Shown in pieces: positions 19,091-27,624 of a DNA stretch of 64,000 bases. A program made the position numbers and the translations under genes. Position 1 is the first letter of the stretch; each line of letters opens with the position of its first letter. Under the pieces are notes generated by a model, which was given only the letters and a program-made list of their open reading frames with translations, had not been told where the DNA came from and ran no database searches. The stretch is from Parcubacteria group bacterium (GTDB taxonomy: Bacteria > Patescibacteriota > Minisyncoccia > Phycocordibacterales > Phycocordibacteraceae). The DNA lies in the NCBI GenBank assembly GCA_028286825.1, contig JAQBQV010000011.1, positions 12,920 through 76,919 of the forward strand. The letters are read 5' to 3'.

Positions 19091-20284
19091 TTAAGAAGGT
19101 TCAAATAAGCTTGCCAACTCCACTTGAGGGTAACTAATGTCTCCTTCGGGTAACGACTCCACAAGAAAATATTCATCGGTCCTCCCCTTCTTTCTCCTGT
19201 CTATTAGCTTGCTGACCAAGAGGTCCCTCAGGGCCTCTCTTACATTCCTTTGCCCGATTTTCTTCTGTGCATAAACTATTTGGATAATGTCAGGCGTCAC
19301 TTTGGACTCTTCCTTAAGTATCTCGAGTATCAACTCCATCGCCTCTTCTTTTTTAGACTCTCGATCATCAACCTCACCAGCGAAGCGTATCAACGTAAGT
19401 ATCTCACCGGACTCGGCTATTGTGTCCGTCATCTCTACACAAAACGCATCAATCTCTTTACCGAGACGGTTCTTACGCTGGTATACCGATATTTTCTCTC
19501 CCTCTTTCTGCATCATGAGTAAGACTTCGACGCTCGCAGTCTTATCCTGGCTACCAAAGAGGTGCTCTTTTTTCGGTATTTTGCCCTCAAAGTTACTTGG
19601 TTTTCGGAAATGGTCGAGCCAAATTATACATACATCACGTTCCTTCAGCGCCTTGAATCGGCTGAATAGAGCTCTGACCTCTTCGGCTTTTTCTTCCTTT
19701 AATCCACCGGCAACAGATCGAAAGGTATCGATGATTACAACATCAAATCGGTTCTCGATGATATCGTCAACAAGATTCTGTGCAACGTCCTCCTTAGTCA
19801 AATTCAGTTCATCAACGGGCCAAATTGTAAGGTTATCGCTGTCCACGAAGCCAAGTTGACGTCCACGGCGCTGCAGCTCGCTTTTCGCATTCTCAGCATC
19901 GATATAAAGCACCTTACCCTGCAATGTAATAAACCTCTCATCATCAAGAAAGTTTGTTCCCATAGCAATACTACGCGCAAGTTCAAGTGCAACCCATGTT
20001 TTCCCTTCACCAGATATCGCAGCCAGAATGACCGAGCCTGCTCGCGGGATTAAGTTCGCGACTCGCCATCTATCTGTAGGGAATGTCATCGCATCGAGCT
20101 CGCTCCACCGAAGATATTTCTTCTCAGGTTCAATTTCAATGGCACTAATGCTTTTGCCAACATTCTTTGGCACGAGACGCTCTCGGCCTTCAAAGGTCGC
20201 TAAGTCTCCCCAATACGCGTCTTCATCCCTTGATTCCGGATCCATATATAATTCGGTACTTGCCGCCGCAGGATCGACATGCAA
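19091..20284 (-). CDS. RecA-fold AAA_25/RepA-like ATPase with a C-terminal winged-helix-like domain.
   Basis: Walker A (AISGEGKT) and Walker B (VLYIDAE, VVIIDTF) motifs with plasmid RepA/DnaB-like architecture. Confidence 0.6.
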   Translation of the reverse strand: MHVDPAAASTELYMDPESRDEDAYWGDLATFEGRERLVPKNVGKSISAIEIEPEKKYLRWSELDAMTFPTDRWRVANLIPRAGSVILAAISGEGKTWVALELARSIAMGTNFLDDERFITLQGKVLYIDAENAKSELQRRGRQLGFVDSDNLTIWPVDELNLTKEDVAQNLVDDIIENRFDVVIIDTFRSVAGGLKEEKAEEVRALFSRFKALKERDVCIIWLDHFRKPSNFEGKIPKKEHLFGSQDKTASVEVLLMMQKEGEKISVYQRKNRLGKEIDAFCVEMTDTIAESGEILTLIRFAGEVDDRESKKEEAMELILEILKEESKVTPDIIQIVYAQKKIGQRNVREALRDLLVSKLIDRRKKGRTDEYFLVESLPEGDISYPQVELASLFEPS

Positions 20285-20373
20285 ATTCGCCTGTGAGTAT
20301 CTGCTCCATAAGGCGGCTTATTTCTAGATACTGTGCCAACTCTTCATCTGACAGGCTACTGCCCCTGAGCGCC

Positions 20374-20631
20374 TTACTTACTGTCTGCAACTGTTCTGGT
20401 TTTAATCCTACTGATGTGTATCCCTTCATATATTGAATGTACTAATGCTATTAAGTGTTCGAAGTATTCGAGAGCAAGGTCATCTGATAGGTCCTCCCCC
20501 GTCTTCAGGCGGTGCATTTGTTTATATCGCTGTAGATAGAGTTGTTTATCGACCATAAAAGTAAAACCCACTATTTCCCTGACAGGCCACCGAATGTCAT
20601 CGGGTCTGTCGGGAAAGCAGGGGGCTTTCAC
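20374..20631 (-). CDS. Hypothetical small protein.
   Basis: 85-aa ORF inside the element. It overlaps a 68-aa ORF (20223-20429); only one of the two is likely real. Confidence 0.3.
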   Translation of the reverse strand: MKAPCFPDRPDDIRWPVREIVGFTFMVDKQLYLQRYKQMHRLKTGEDLSDDLALEYFEHLIALVHSIYEGIHISRIKTRTVADSK

Positions 20632-20792
20632 GAAGTGACATTCGGTATCCTCAACGAAAACGGCGGACTTATCGGAGTAATAGCCGTAGCATTACTCAAA
20701 TAAGTCCACCGTTATTCATCAGGGACTACTTAACTGTACCTGGTGCAAATAATTTGTATCTCCCCAGGTCGAAAAAAGGCGGTAGCTAGGGT

Positions 20793-21080
20793 CTAAGTTG
20801 CACCTATTAACGCTACATCAATTATGGGCGGCGGAAGAGGCTGTATCGGAGTGCCGAAAGAGCCACTGATTTCTGTAGCTTGTATTGCCTTCCCCCACGA
20901 ACGGTCAAAAAGCTCTCTGGCGGCAGCTACATCGCCGTTTTTTGCCTTTACGATGAGCGCCTCTGCAATGGGCTGTATATCTTTCATGAGCAGCTCTGAG
21001 AAGAGCTTACGAGCCTCCTCCGCGTTCTTTGCCGCGAAGCCTGGCTTACGCCCAGATCCTAATCTAAAGCCGCCTCTCAT
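20793..21080 (-). CDS. Hypothetical small basic protein, possibly DNA-binding.
   Basis: 95 aa with an N-terminal MRGGFRLGSGRKPG Gly/Arg-rich segment. Confidence 0.35.
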   Translation of the reverse strand: MRGGFRLGSGRKPGFAAKNAEEARKLFSELLMKDIQPIAEALIVKAKNGDVAAARELFDRSWGKAIQATEISGSFGTPIQPLPPPIIDVALIGAT

Positions 21081-21305
21081 AGATGATATGAATCATTAAA
21101 ATCAATATAATTAAGTCTACTCCTCTCGACCTATTTTGCCTCCCCCCTGTGGAGACCGTATGCTATCGTTCGAGATAGAAGGACCTAAACCTGTCGGCGT
21201 TGGCCGGCTTGCATGGTTCGAAATCGCAGAACACAGAAACCCCGTCATCAGGGGCGTGTTCTGCGTTATAGGGGGAAACTCCTATAGGGCCGAAAGGCCC
21301 ACCTG

Positions 21306-21653
21306 GTGGCGGGATTTGTGTTTGCCTCAACCCTCCACCGGTATTACCTATCATCCAAAACCATGTCGATCACGAGCCTGCTCAAGAGAACATTTGGACC
21401 GAAAGAACCTACCTATATCGACTGGGATAGAGTTACAGAGCTTCTTCCCGATATAAACGACAAGTGGCTTACTGCATACGAAAATTTACTGAAGCAGTTC
21501 AGGGAATATGAATATATTGACCCAAAAACGATGCCCATGGCATTTAAAGACAATATGGAATTTATGCTAGGCATATCTCTGTCAGAAAAACAGACACAGA
21601 AGTTTATTTGGACTTGGCTTGCGGGTCCGAAACAGTCTATTAATCGACCATAA
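21306..21653 (+). CDS. Hypothetical protein.
   Basis: 115-aa ORF. The start may be the internal Met (MSITSLL). Confidence 0.35.
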   Translation: MAGFVFASTLHRYYLSSKTMSITSLLKRTFGPKEPTYIDWDRVTELLPDINDKWLTAYENLLKQFREYEYIDPKTMPMAFKDNMEFMLGISLSEKQTQKFIWTWLAGPKQSINRP

Positions 21654-21662
21654 CCTTCAGAT

Positions 21663-21884
21663 ATGATTAGCCGAACAAGAATCCTTGTACTGGTTACTGT
21701 CAGTTTTCTCCTCGTACCAGCTATCATGTGGTTACTTCTAGAAGTACTCTTCAATCCCTGGTTTATCCACTTTATATTCTTCGGGTCAGTAGTTACGTCA
21801 GTGGTTGTTGCCTGTGTTTTGTCAGCCCTACCATTGCTGCTGTCTGTGTGGTACACAGCGACGCAACTCAAGCGCAAAATGTAA
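21663..21884 (+). CDS. Small membrane protein.
   Basis: 73 aa with two TM helices. Confidence 0.3.
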   Translation: MISRTRILVLVTVSFLLVPAIMWLLLEVLFNPWFIHFIFFGSVVTSVVVACVLSALPLLLSVWYTATQLKRKM

Positions 21885-22273
21885 CTGTGACCCCCTCAAT
21901 TTTTTCAAAGAATCTCAAAGAAATAGTCAAACTTTGCTTTTTTTGTGGTGTGGTCTGGCTAATGATTCAGGGCGGCCTCAATAATGGCAGTGCCGGAATT
22001 TATTTCATCTCACTCTTGATTGGGTTACTACTTTACGCTGCTTATGGTGAAGGTATTGCCAAAAAATAGTCTTCAACAGAGTCGACACAGTGTTGATTCG
22101 TCAACGTCAACGTAAAAATTTTGCGAGTCTAGGCGCCCGTCGGTTCACGCGGTTAAGCTGACTCGCATGATAGGTAGGACGAGGTGAGGGTACCACTTTC
22201 GATTATTAAGCGGACGCTGTGAGAGCTGTCTTCAGGGCAAGATTAGGCGTATTATGGCGGCACAGCGCTATTT

Positions 22274-22468
22274 ATGGATACTTTGCTCGTATTTATTCTC
22301 ACGCCTTTATATTGGGTCTGGAAGATTATCTGCTTTGTCATTGGAAGTGCATGGAAGCTAGTCCATGACATAGCAAAAGGTGTATATGGCAAGTTCATTA
22401 GCTGGATTAGTGCCATTATTTTCTTCGGAATGCTTACCTGGATCGTCCAACTGATTGCGAGTAAATAA
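22274..22468 (+). CDS. Small membrane protein.
   Basis: 64 aa with two TM helices. It lies directly upstream of the 433-aa ORF. Confidence 0.35.
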   Translation: MDTLLVFILTPLYWVWKIICFVIGSAWKLVHDIAKGVYGKFISWISAIIFFGMLTWIVQLIASK

Positions 22469-22473
22469 TAGGT

Positions 22474-23775
22474 ATGGGTCCAGTGATTATCTTCGATAAG
22501 TCGACACTCGAGAGCTTAAATCCTGATGAGGCTGTCTGGCTCGATCAGTTCTATTTGTCGAACATCACTCCTCTTTTTTTCGTCGAAACACTCGCAGACC
22601 TTGAAAAAGACATGCGCTCAGGCCGATCACCGGAAGAGGTCGTAGGTAGTCTTGCCTATAAAACACCGGATTACAGTTCTAAACCGAACGCGCACCATCG
22701 AGATCTTATGTCTGGTGAATTATTTGGGGGCGCTAAGCTTGATCTCACATATGGGCGACCTCATATCACCGGCGGAAAGTCGGTAGCATTAGGAAGCGGA
22801 ACAGGCGTTTTATTTGAACCCTCGCCAGAAGAAGAGGCTTTCCAGAGGTGGCAGGACCATCGTTTTCTAGAACTTGAACGATATCAAGCTAAGCAGTGGA
22901 GAGCTGCTCTATTGGGTGTGAACATGGAGCTTCAATACAAAGTCTTTCAGGCTTTCTTCCCACTCGGAAAGCCAAAATCTCTACATGATGTAAAGAGATT
23001 TTTGAACTTTTACATTGAGAGTCCAGATCAAGAAAATTTACTTACTTTTGGCTTGGGGATGGAAGGCGTGACGGAAGCAGGGCGAAAAGAGGTGCTATCT
23101 CGCTGGAGTGCCGAGGGTAAGCCGCGAATCCAGGAGTTTGCACCTTATTTCACTTACATCTTCTCTATCGATTTCTTTTTTGGTCTCGCTATAGCTGCGG
23201 ACCTCATCGGACGCGGACGCCCGTCTCATAAGGTTGACCTCGCGTACTTATACTATTTGCCGTTCTGTATGGTATTTACCTCGAATGACAAGCTACATGC
23301 CGAGCTTGCCCCATTCTTTTTGCGCGCCGATCAAACCTTTGTGCCAGGACGTGAACTGAAGACAGACTTGGCAAAGTTAGATCAGCACTACAGCACTTCA
23401 ATCACACCTGAACAGAAGGAAGAGGGGGTTGTAAGTTTCGCGTCACGACCGCCGAAAAGCGATGAGTTTATTACGACCCGCCTCTGGGATAAACATATGG
23501 GTACTAAGTGGCGCGAATATGAATACAAAATGCGCCCCCAACCTGACAGTGAACTTCTCAAGAAATTCCGTGATGAGATTCGCAAAATGGAGAAAGCTCC
23601 GGAGATAAAGCCTCTGTCTGGATCAACATTAGATGAGGCGGCGGCCATGGTCATGCGTCGCATGGTGAAGGGCCATAAAGGTAAATGGCGGCGTTTCCCT
23701 CCAGAGGTCATGAATCGTCGAAAGAACTCGGAGGGAGAATGGGAAGACATCCCTCCGGAAGAGCTCATTCACTAA
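22474..23775 (+). CDS. Hypothetical 433-aa protein, first gene of a coupled pair.
   Basis: Long ORF with no recognised motif. Its stop lies 3 nt before the next start. Confidence 0.55.
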   Translation: MGPVIIFDKSTLESLNPDEAVWLDQFYLSNITPLFFVETLADLEKDMRSGRSPEEVVGSLAYKTPDYSSKPNAHHRDLMSGELFGGAKLDLTYGRPHITGGKSVALGSGTGVLFEPSPEEEAFQRWQDHRFLELERYQAKQWRAALLGVNMELQYKVFQAFFPLGKPKSLHDVKRFLNFYIESPDQENLLTFGLGMEGVTEAGRKEVLSRWSAEGKPRIQEFAPYFTYIFSIDFFFGLAIAADLIGRGRPSHKVDLAYLYYLPFCMVFTSNDKLHAELAPFFLRADQTFVPGRELKTDLAKLDQHYSTSITPEQKEEGVVSFASRPPKSDEFITTRLWDKHMGTKWREYEYKMRPQPDSELLKKFRDEIRKMEKAPEIKPLSGSTLDEAAAMVMRRMVKGHKGKWRRFPPEVMNRRKNSEGEWEDIPPEELIH

Positions 23776-23778
23776 AAT

Positions 23779-24522
23779 ATGGCCACTTGCCGTCTGTGTC
23801 TCGCAGAGAAAGATCTTTGCAAAAAGTCACACATCATACCGAATTTCATGTATAGGGAGCTTTTTGACGAAAAACATCGCCTGGTAAAGGGAACACCGAT
23901 CGTTCCTGGCTCGAGACAAGACATGCAAAGTGGTGAGTATGAAAGCGATATCCTATGCGCTGACTGCGATAATCGAATCATAGGAGGCTATGAAGCATAC
24001 GCCAGTAAGGTGCTTTACGGGGGCAAAGTACCCGTGTCTACGCAGCACATCAAACGAGCTGAAGATGGTCTCGAGATCACAATTGTGACTGGTCTCGACT
24101 ATGTACGGTTCAAACTTTTTCTCCAATCTCTACTTTGGAGGTCGAGTATATCAAGCAAGGACTTTTTCTCGGCAGTTAATCTGGGCCCGTATGAAGAGAA
24201 GTTACGGATAGCGCTCGTTACCGGTGACCCTGGTCCAAGTGACAGTTTTCCGTGCATAGTAAATAACTATATTAGGACTGGTCTCCCTCATGGAGTAATA
24301 GCCGCCCCCCGTGAATCCCGCTTTATAGATGGGAAACGCATTTATACATATGTTATAGCTGGAATGATTTATATTTTTCATATTACCGAAAGAGAGACCT
24401 TTGACTGGATCTTGGAGGCTGCCGTCAATGAAAACGGCGAGATGCGGATCCCTCACATGTCGCAAGGGACGACGGGGGCATTGTTTAATAAACTTCTTGG
24501 CGCAGACATTTTCGAGACCTAA
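23779..24522 (+). CDS. HNH-like nuclease-motif protein, second gene of the coupled pair.
   Basis: CRLC...KSHIIP...CADCDNRI resembles a CxxC...H...CxxC-N HNH zinc-finger layout. Confidence 0.45.
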   Translation: MATCRLCLAEKDLCKKSHIIPNFMYRELFDEKHRLVKGTPIVPGSRQDMQSGEYESDILCADCDNRIIGGYEAYASKVLYGGKVPVSTQHIKRAEDGLEITIVTGLDYVRFKLFLQSLLWRSSISSKDFFSAVNLGPYEEKLRIALVTGDPGPSDSFPCIVNNYIRTGLPHGVIAAPRESRFIDGKRIYTYVIAGMIYIFHITERETFDWILEAAVNENGEMRIPHMSQGTTGALFNKLLGADIFET

Positions 24523-24641
24523 AACAGCAGCTATAACGAAAAAATTTTGTGCGTACGCACGCTCGGTGGTTTGATGGCGTCGGCTGACTGGCATGGTGGT
24601 GGTTGGTCAAACTAATTCTGGTACATGAAATGTACTCTTCT

Positions 24642-24672
24642 CGGCGCTAATCCAAGTTCTAATAGCCTCAGC
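24642..24672 (+). repeat. Junction box, variant class (CCAAGTTCTAATAGCCTCAGCAGTGCGGAGC).
   Basis: Near-identical to the copy at 31997. It resembles the tRNA-Asn 3' end. A small hairpin follows, then TTGACA (24773) -N16- TATACT. Confidence 0.6.
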
Positions 24673-24840
24673 AGTGCGGAGCCGATTGAGCAAACAAATA
24701 AGCCCTCTGGGGCTTTTTTGTATTCGAGCGAGGCTCCGATGGGAAGGCTTTGTTTACCCGCAGAGCAGCTAGTTGACATAATCCTGACTTTGTTATACTA
24801 TTAATAGTGGCAATCATGCCACTCACCTTTGGAGATATGT

Positions 24841-25029
24841 ATGGTCCTTTTAATGATCTGGACTCTGTTCTCATATCAGGGATATGGAGTCAGCGTCACT
24901 CAAACTTCAACGCCGCTTAACAATATGGCGGCATGTGTGACGGCCAAAACAGCAGCTGAGTCAGTGCGGATCAAGCCACCACGTGACATGCAGTCAGTCA
25001 CGATCACTGCTGTGTGCGTACCGCTCTAG
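24841..25029 (+). CDS. Small secreted or membrane peptide (cassette 1).
   Basis: GGAGAT RBS 6 nt upstream. A hydrophobic N-terminus (MVLLMIWTLFSYQGYG). 62 aa. Confidence 0.4.
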   Translation: MVLLMIWTLFSYQGYGVSVTQTSTPLNNMAACVTAKTAAESVRIKPPRDMQSVTITAVCVPL

Positions 25030-25229
25030 TTTCGTCGCAACGACGAGGGAAAGGACAACCGTCCCAACTTCCCTCCTCGGCGCGGCGATTCTTTCTTTTC
25101 ATAAACAGTTCCCGGCATTTTTTATGATTTATATCGATCCCATACCTCCACCCACCCGGCTATAAATCCCTACCCTAGAGGGGTCTCAAATCAGCTCGGG
25201 CACACAGTAACTTCCCTCTCTACTTCTTT

Positions 25230-25260
25230 CCAAACTCTAATAACCTCAGCAGTGCGGAAC
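25230..25260 (+). repeat. Junction box, variant class (CCAAACTCTAATAACCTCAGCAGTGCGGAAC).
   Basis: 25/31 identity to the 24642 box. A degenerate canonical box lies upstream at 25141-25162. Confidence 0.5.
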
Positions 25261-25494
25261 TTACCTCGACTTTTCATCGAAGAATGTATCGTCTTTGCAA
25301 AAGCTCGAGATATTCTCTTGCGAGTCTATCGAGCAAACCGATCGATGAACTATCACTTCCCTCACCCGCATTGTCCAATGTCTCGCGACGAGTATTACTC
25401 ATACCGAATCCTGATCCAAGCACGAATGGTTAAACGATACGACGCAACCGCCTTGAGTGCTGGGCTTACTCTCAAAAAACGCTGGGCAGAATAG
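25252..25494 (+). CDS. Doubtful 80-aa ORF following box 2.
   Basis: It starts with GTG inside the box, is His/Arg/Tyr-rich, and is followed by a type-A terminator. Confidence 0.2.
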   Translation: MRNLPRLFIEECIVFAKARDILLRVYRANRSMNYHFPHPHCPMSRDEYYSYRILIQARMVKRYDATALSAGLTLKKRWAE

Positions 25495-25508
25495 ACTCGA
25501 CTCATAGT

Positions 25509-25550
25509 CGCCCGACAGAGCCCCGGCTCCTGTCGGGCGACTCTTTTATG
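25509..25550 (+). terminator. Type-A intrinsic terminator (CGCCCGACAGAGCCCCGGCTCCTGTCGGGCG plus T tract).
   Basis: Perfect 8-bp stem with a palindromic loop, followed by CTCTTTTAT. Confidence 0.7.
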
Positions 25551-25561
25551 CGAACGAACCA

Positions 25562-25588
25562 GTTTGAACATCCTCCACCCAGCGGAGC
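25562..25588 (+). repeat. Junction box (GTTTGAACATCCTCCACCCAGCGGAGC).
   Basis: Canonical box class. The downstream promoter is weak (TAAAAG-N17-TATACT). Confidence 0.65.
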
Positions 25589-25628
25589 ACAAAATAAAAG
25601 AAGTACTGACTCTGTTATACTTTTACCA

Positions 25629-26066
25629 ATGGTTGATAAGGAGACATTAGAAATAAAAGTACCTCCCCTACCACATGGCGTTTTGGATAAATTGGAGGAT
25701 AAAGACTTGAACGAATTATACCTTGGTTTAGATAGCGAGCTCGATAAAGCGGCAGAGCATCGAAGAAGAACTGTTAAAAAATTAATGGCTGGTTTTCTTT
25801 GGTTCATTAATTCACTTTTGTTTTTCAGCATAGGTCCTACTGATGCGCTGATGCAAATTTGGTCACTGGCAACGATGGGTTTGTTGCTTGTACTTTTCGG
25901 TAACACTCAGATCTCTTCGTATCTGGGGCCTCTCTGGCCAATAGCTGGAAGATTTGGTCAGCGTATCGATAGGCCGACTCCGCCAGTAGTGTTAGTAATC
26001 TTTGGCTGGTTATTATTATTTCTCGTATTATCAATTTTTAGCATCATTTTATATCAGAAGGGCTAA
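25629..26066 (+). CDS. Membrane protein with 3-4 TM helices (cassette 3).
   Basis: About 146 aa with hydrophobic helices (FLWFINSLLFFSIG, LATMGLLLVLFG, VVLVIFGWLLLFLVLSIFSII). Confidence 0.5.
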   Translation: MVDKETLEIKVPPLPHGVLDKLEDKDLNELYLGLDSELDKAAEHRRRTVKKLMAGFLWFINSLLFFSIGPTDALMQIWSLATMGLLLVLFGNTQISSYLGPLWPIAGRFGQRIDRPTPPVVLVIFGWLLLFLVLSIFSIILYQKG

Positions 26067-26111
26067 GTTGAAGCAGTTCGAAAATCATCCAGCCACCTGA
26101 GCCAGATAAAT

Positions 26112-26345
26112 TTACTTCCCAGAAGACAATGACTTCCCTTTAGGTTTATATTCGACCTTCCACGTCAGACCCGGTTTTACCCCAGCTATAGCTGGCAATA
26201 GATGGTTAAGCAGTTGTTCCGCTGTCATCTGAAATTTATTACCTTTCGCAGAAACCTTGACCCATCCATCTTTATCTCGAACGTATTTTTCTGTAAAGTT
26301 TTTTGTACCCATCGATATTATATAACTGTCATTTGTTAGCTTCAT
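26112..26345 (-). CDS. Hypothetical Lys-rich 77-aa protein, in opposite orientation within the array.
   Basis: Protein-like composition. It is flanked by a degenerate box (26075-26102) and box 4. Confidence 0.3.
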   Translation of the reverse strand: MKLTNDSYIISMGTKNFTEKYVRDKDGWVKVSAKGNKFQMTAEQLLNHLLPAIAGVKPGLTWKVEYKPKGKSLSSGK

Positions 26346-26401
26346 ACCGCAACATTACATCATAAATACCTAATAATTACGGACGAATTATTCTGAAAAC
26401 A

Positions 26402-26429
26402 GGTTCGAACGTCCTATAGCCAATGGAGC
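26402..26429 (+). repeat. Junction box (GGTTCGAACGTCCTATAGCCAATGGAGC) plus promoter.
   Basis: TTGACT (26434) -N17- TATAAA follows 4 nt downstream. Confidence 0.7.
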
Positions 26430-26511
26430 AAATTTGACTAATTAGACATTTTATAATATAAAGCAGTTCAGCTACTAGTTTTTCTGTTCACCATATCTGC
26501 GAGGAATCGAA

Positions 26512-26922
26512 ATGACCATTCCTGATTGTCTGTTACCGATTCATGACTACATAACAAGCGAGCTGAGGGAAAATCATGAACTTCTCTGCCTTTCGGATGC
26601 CCCTGATGTCAAACAACAGTTTGACGAAATGGAAGATGATTTCGACGATGTCGGAGGTGATCCTGATTTTGACGCTCGGGCTTTTATCAACTCGAGCTAC
26701 GAATACAAGATAGAATGTTGCCAACAAGCGCTGCGAGCGTTAACTGCAAGCGAGTATGATGTAGTCATAACCCACCTGAGTGTCGAACTAACTGCTCTAC
26801 GTGCGTACAGAGACGAGGTTACTAAATATGTCTCAAACATGAGCGGTCGTCAGCGCGAGCGGCTAGCAGCTAAAATTGGCCGACTCGAGCAATATTTACG
26901 AGTACTTGCAGAACAAAAATAG
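26512..26922 (+). CDS. Acidic hypothetical protein (cassette 4).
   Basis: 136 aa. GAGGAA RBS. An intrinsic terminator follows directly. Confidence 0.55.
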   Translation: MTIPDCLLPIHDYITSELRENHELLCLSDAPDVKQQFDEMEDDFDDVGGDPDFDARAFINSSYEYKIECCQQALRALTASEYDVVITHLSVELTALRAYRDEVTKYVSNMSGRQRERLAAKIGRLEQYLRVLAEQK

Positions 26923-26930
26923 AACGACAG

Positions 26931-26975
26931 CCGCCACGAGGAAGAATGCTTCTCTCGTGGCGGTCTTCTTATTTC
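26931..26975 (+). terminator. Intrinsic terminator (CCGCCACGAG-loop-CTCGTGGCGG plus T tract).
   Basis: 10-bp stem followed by TCTTCTTATTTCTT. Confidence 0.7.
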
Positions 26976-26985
26976 TTATACACCA

Positions 26986-27068
26986 GTTCGAACATCCACT
27001 ACCACAAAAGAGTACTTTCATTTCTCTAACCTCGAGTACGAGCAAGAGAAATTGGTCGCCAGCGGAGC
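26986..27068 (+). repeat. Split junction box. GTTCGAACATCCACTACCA, then a 54-nt hairpin insertion, then CCAGCGGAGC, plus promoter.
   Basis: Insertion 27005-27058 begins CAAAAGAGTACTTTCATTT and ends AAATTGGTCG, with an internal stem TTTCTCT/AGAGAAA. TTGACG (27075) -N17- TATATT follows. Confidence 0.7.
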
Positions 27069-27195
27069 TAAGGGTTGACGATCATTTTTTTAAGTGTTAT
27101 ATTTGTACTGGAACCTTAGTGCCATCCTATCTCTGGTAAGCGTAAAAGCTTCACCCGTTCCGCCCAACCCTGGGCGGCTTACCAAGGAGACAACG

Positions 27196-27450
27196 ATGGA
27201 CGAGATGTTCTTCATTACCGACCCCGAAGATCCGAGCAAGATTTATGCTGGTCCGCTCTCGAAAGAGGCGACTGGTGTAAAACTGACGGAACTTCTGCGA
27301 CCGCTTCTCACTGGCAGCGACTTCCACTTCATACGAAGTGCTGGAAGCTATCAGAGCATCGACGAGGTGCTTGAGGAGTGTCGTAAGGAACTGAGCGGCT
27401 GTCTGTATTTCGACGTCGTTCCAGCTTCTGTGGTTGGTAATCGAGCCTGA
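27196..27450 (+). CDS. Hypothetical 84-aa protein (cassette 5).
   Basis: AAGGAG RBS. Starts MDEMFFITDPEDPSK. A terminator follows. Confidence 0.5.
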   Translation: MDEMFFITDPEDPSKIYAGPLSKEATGVKLTELLRPLLTGSDFHFIRSAGSYQSIDEVLEECRKELSGCLYFDVVPASVVGNRA

Positions 27451-27460
27451 ATGTCAGGCA

Positions 27461-27497
27461 GTCCCCGCAAATCATCGCGGGGACTTTTGTTTTTATA
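27461..27497 (+). terminator. Intrinsic terminator (GTCCCCGC-loop-GCGGGGAC plus TTTTGTTTTT).
   Basis: 8-bp GC stem plus T tract. Confidence 0.75.
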
Positions 27498-27508
27498 CAT
27501 GAATGCAA

Positions 27509-27535
27509 GTTCGAACATCCTCTAGCCAGTGGAGC
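27509..27535 (+). repeat. Junction box (GTTCGAACATCCTCTAGCCAGTGGAGC) plus promoter.
   Basis: TTGACG (27540) -N17- TATTAA. Confidence 0.75.
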
Positions 27536-27624
27536 AAATTTGACGATACAGAAGACTTGTGTTATTAAATCTGTTGGCAGGTCTTACAGACCTTTTTGAC
27601 GTTGCACAATTGAGAGGAATCACG

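Larger units (their letters stand above)
17196..24672. mobile_element. Putative integrative element at tRNA-Asn. It comprises a large serine recombinase, a RepA/AAA_25-like ATPase, small ORFs and a two-gene cargo module. The far boundary is provisional, placed at the first tRNA-3'-like box.
   Basis: The recombinase gene overlaps the tRNA 3' end. Gene content is plasmid/phage-like. The first tRNA-3'-end-like repeat, at 24642-24672, could be an attR-like site. Confidence 0.5.

Noticed and set aside
21728-22069. 113-aa plus-strand ORF overlapping the 73-aa ORF 21663-21884.
   Set aside because: The two are overlapping alternative frames in a region of hydrophobic low-complexity sequence. Only a short membrane peptide is plausible, and the frames cannot be discriminated from sequence alone.
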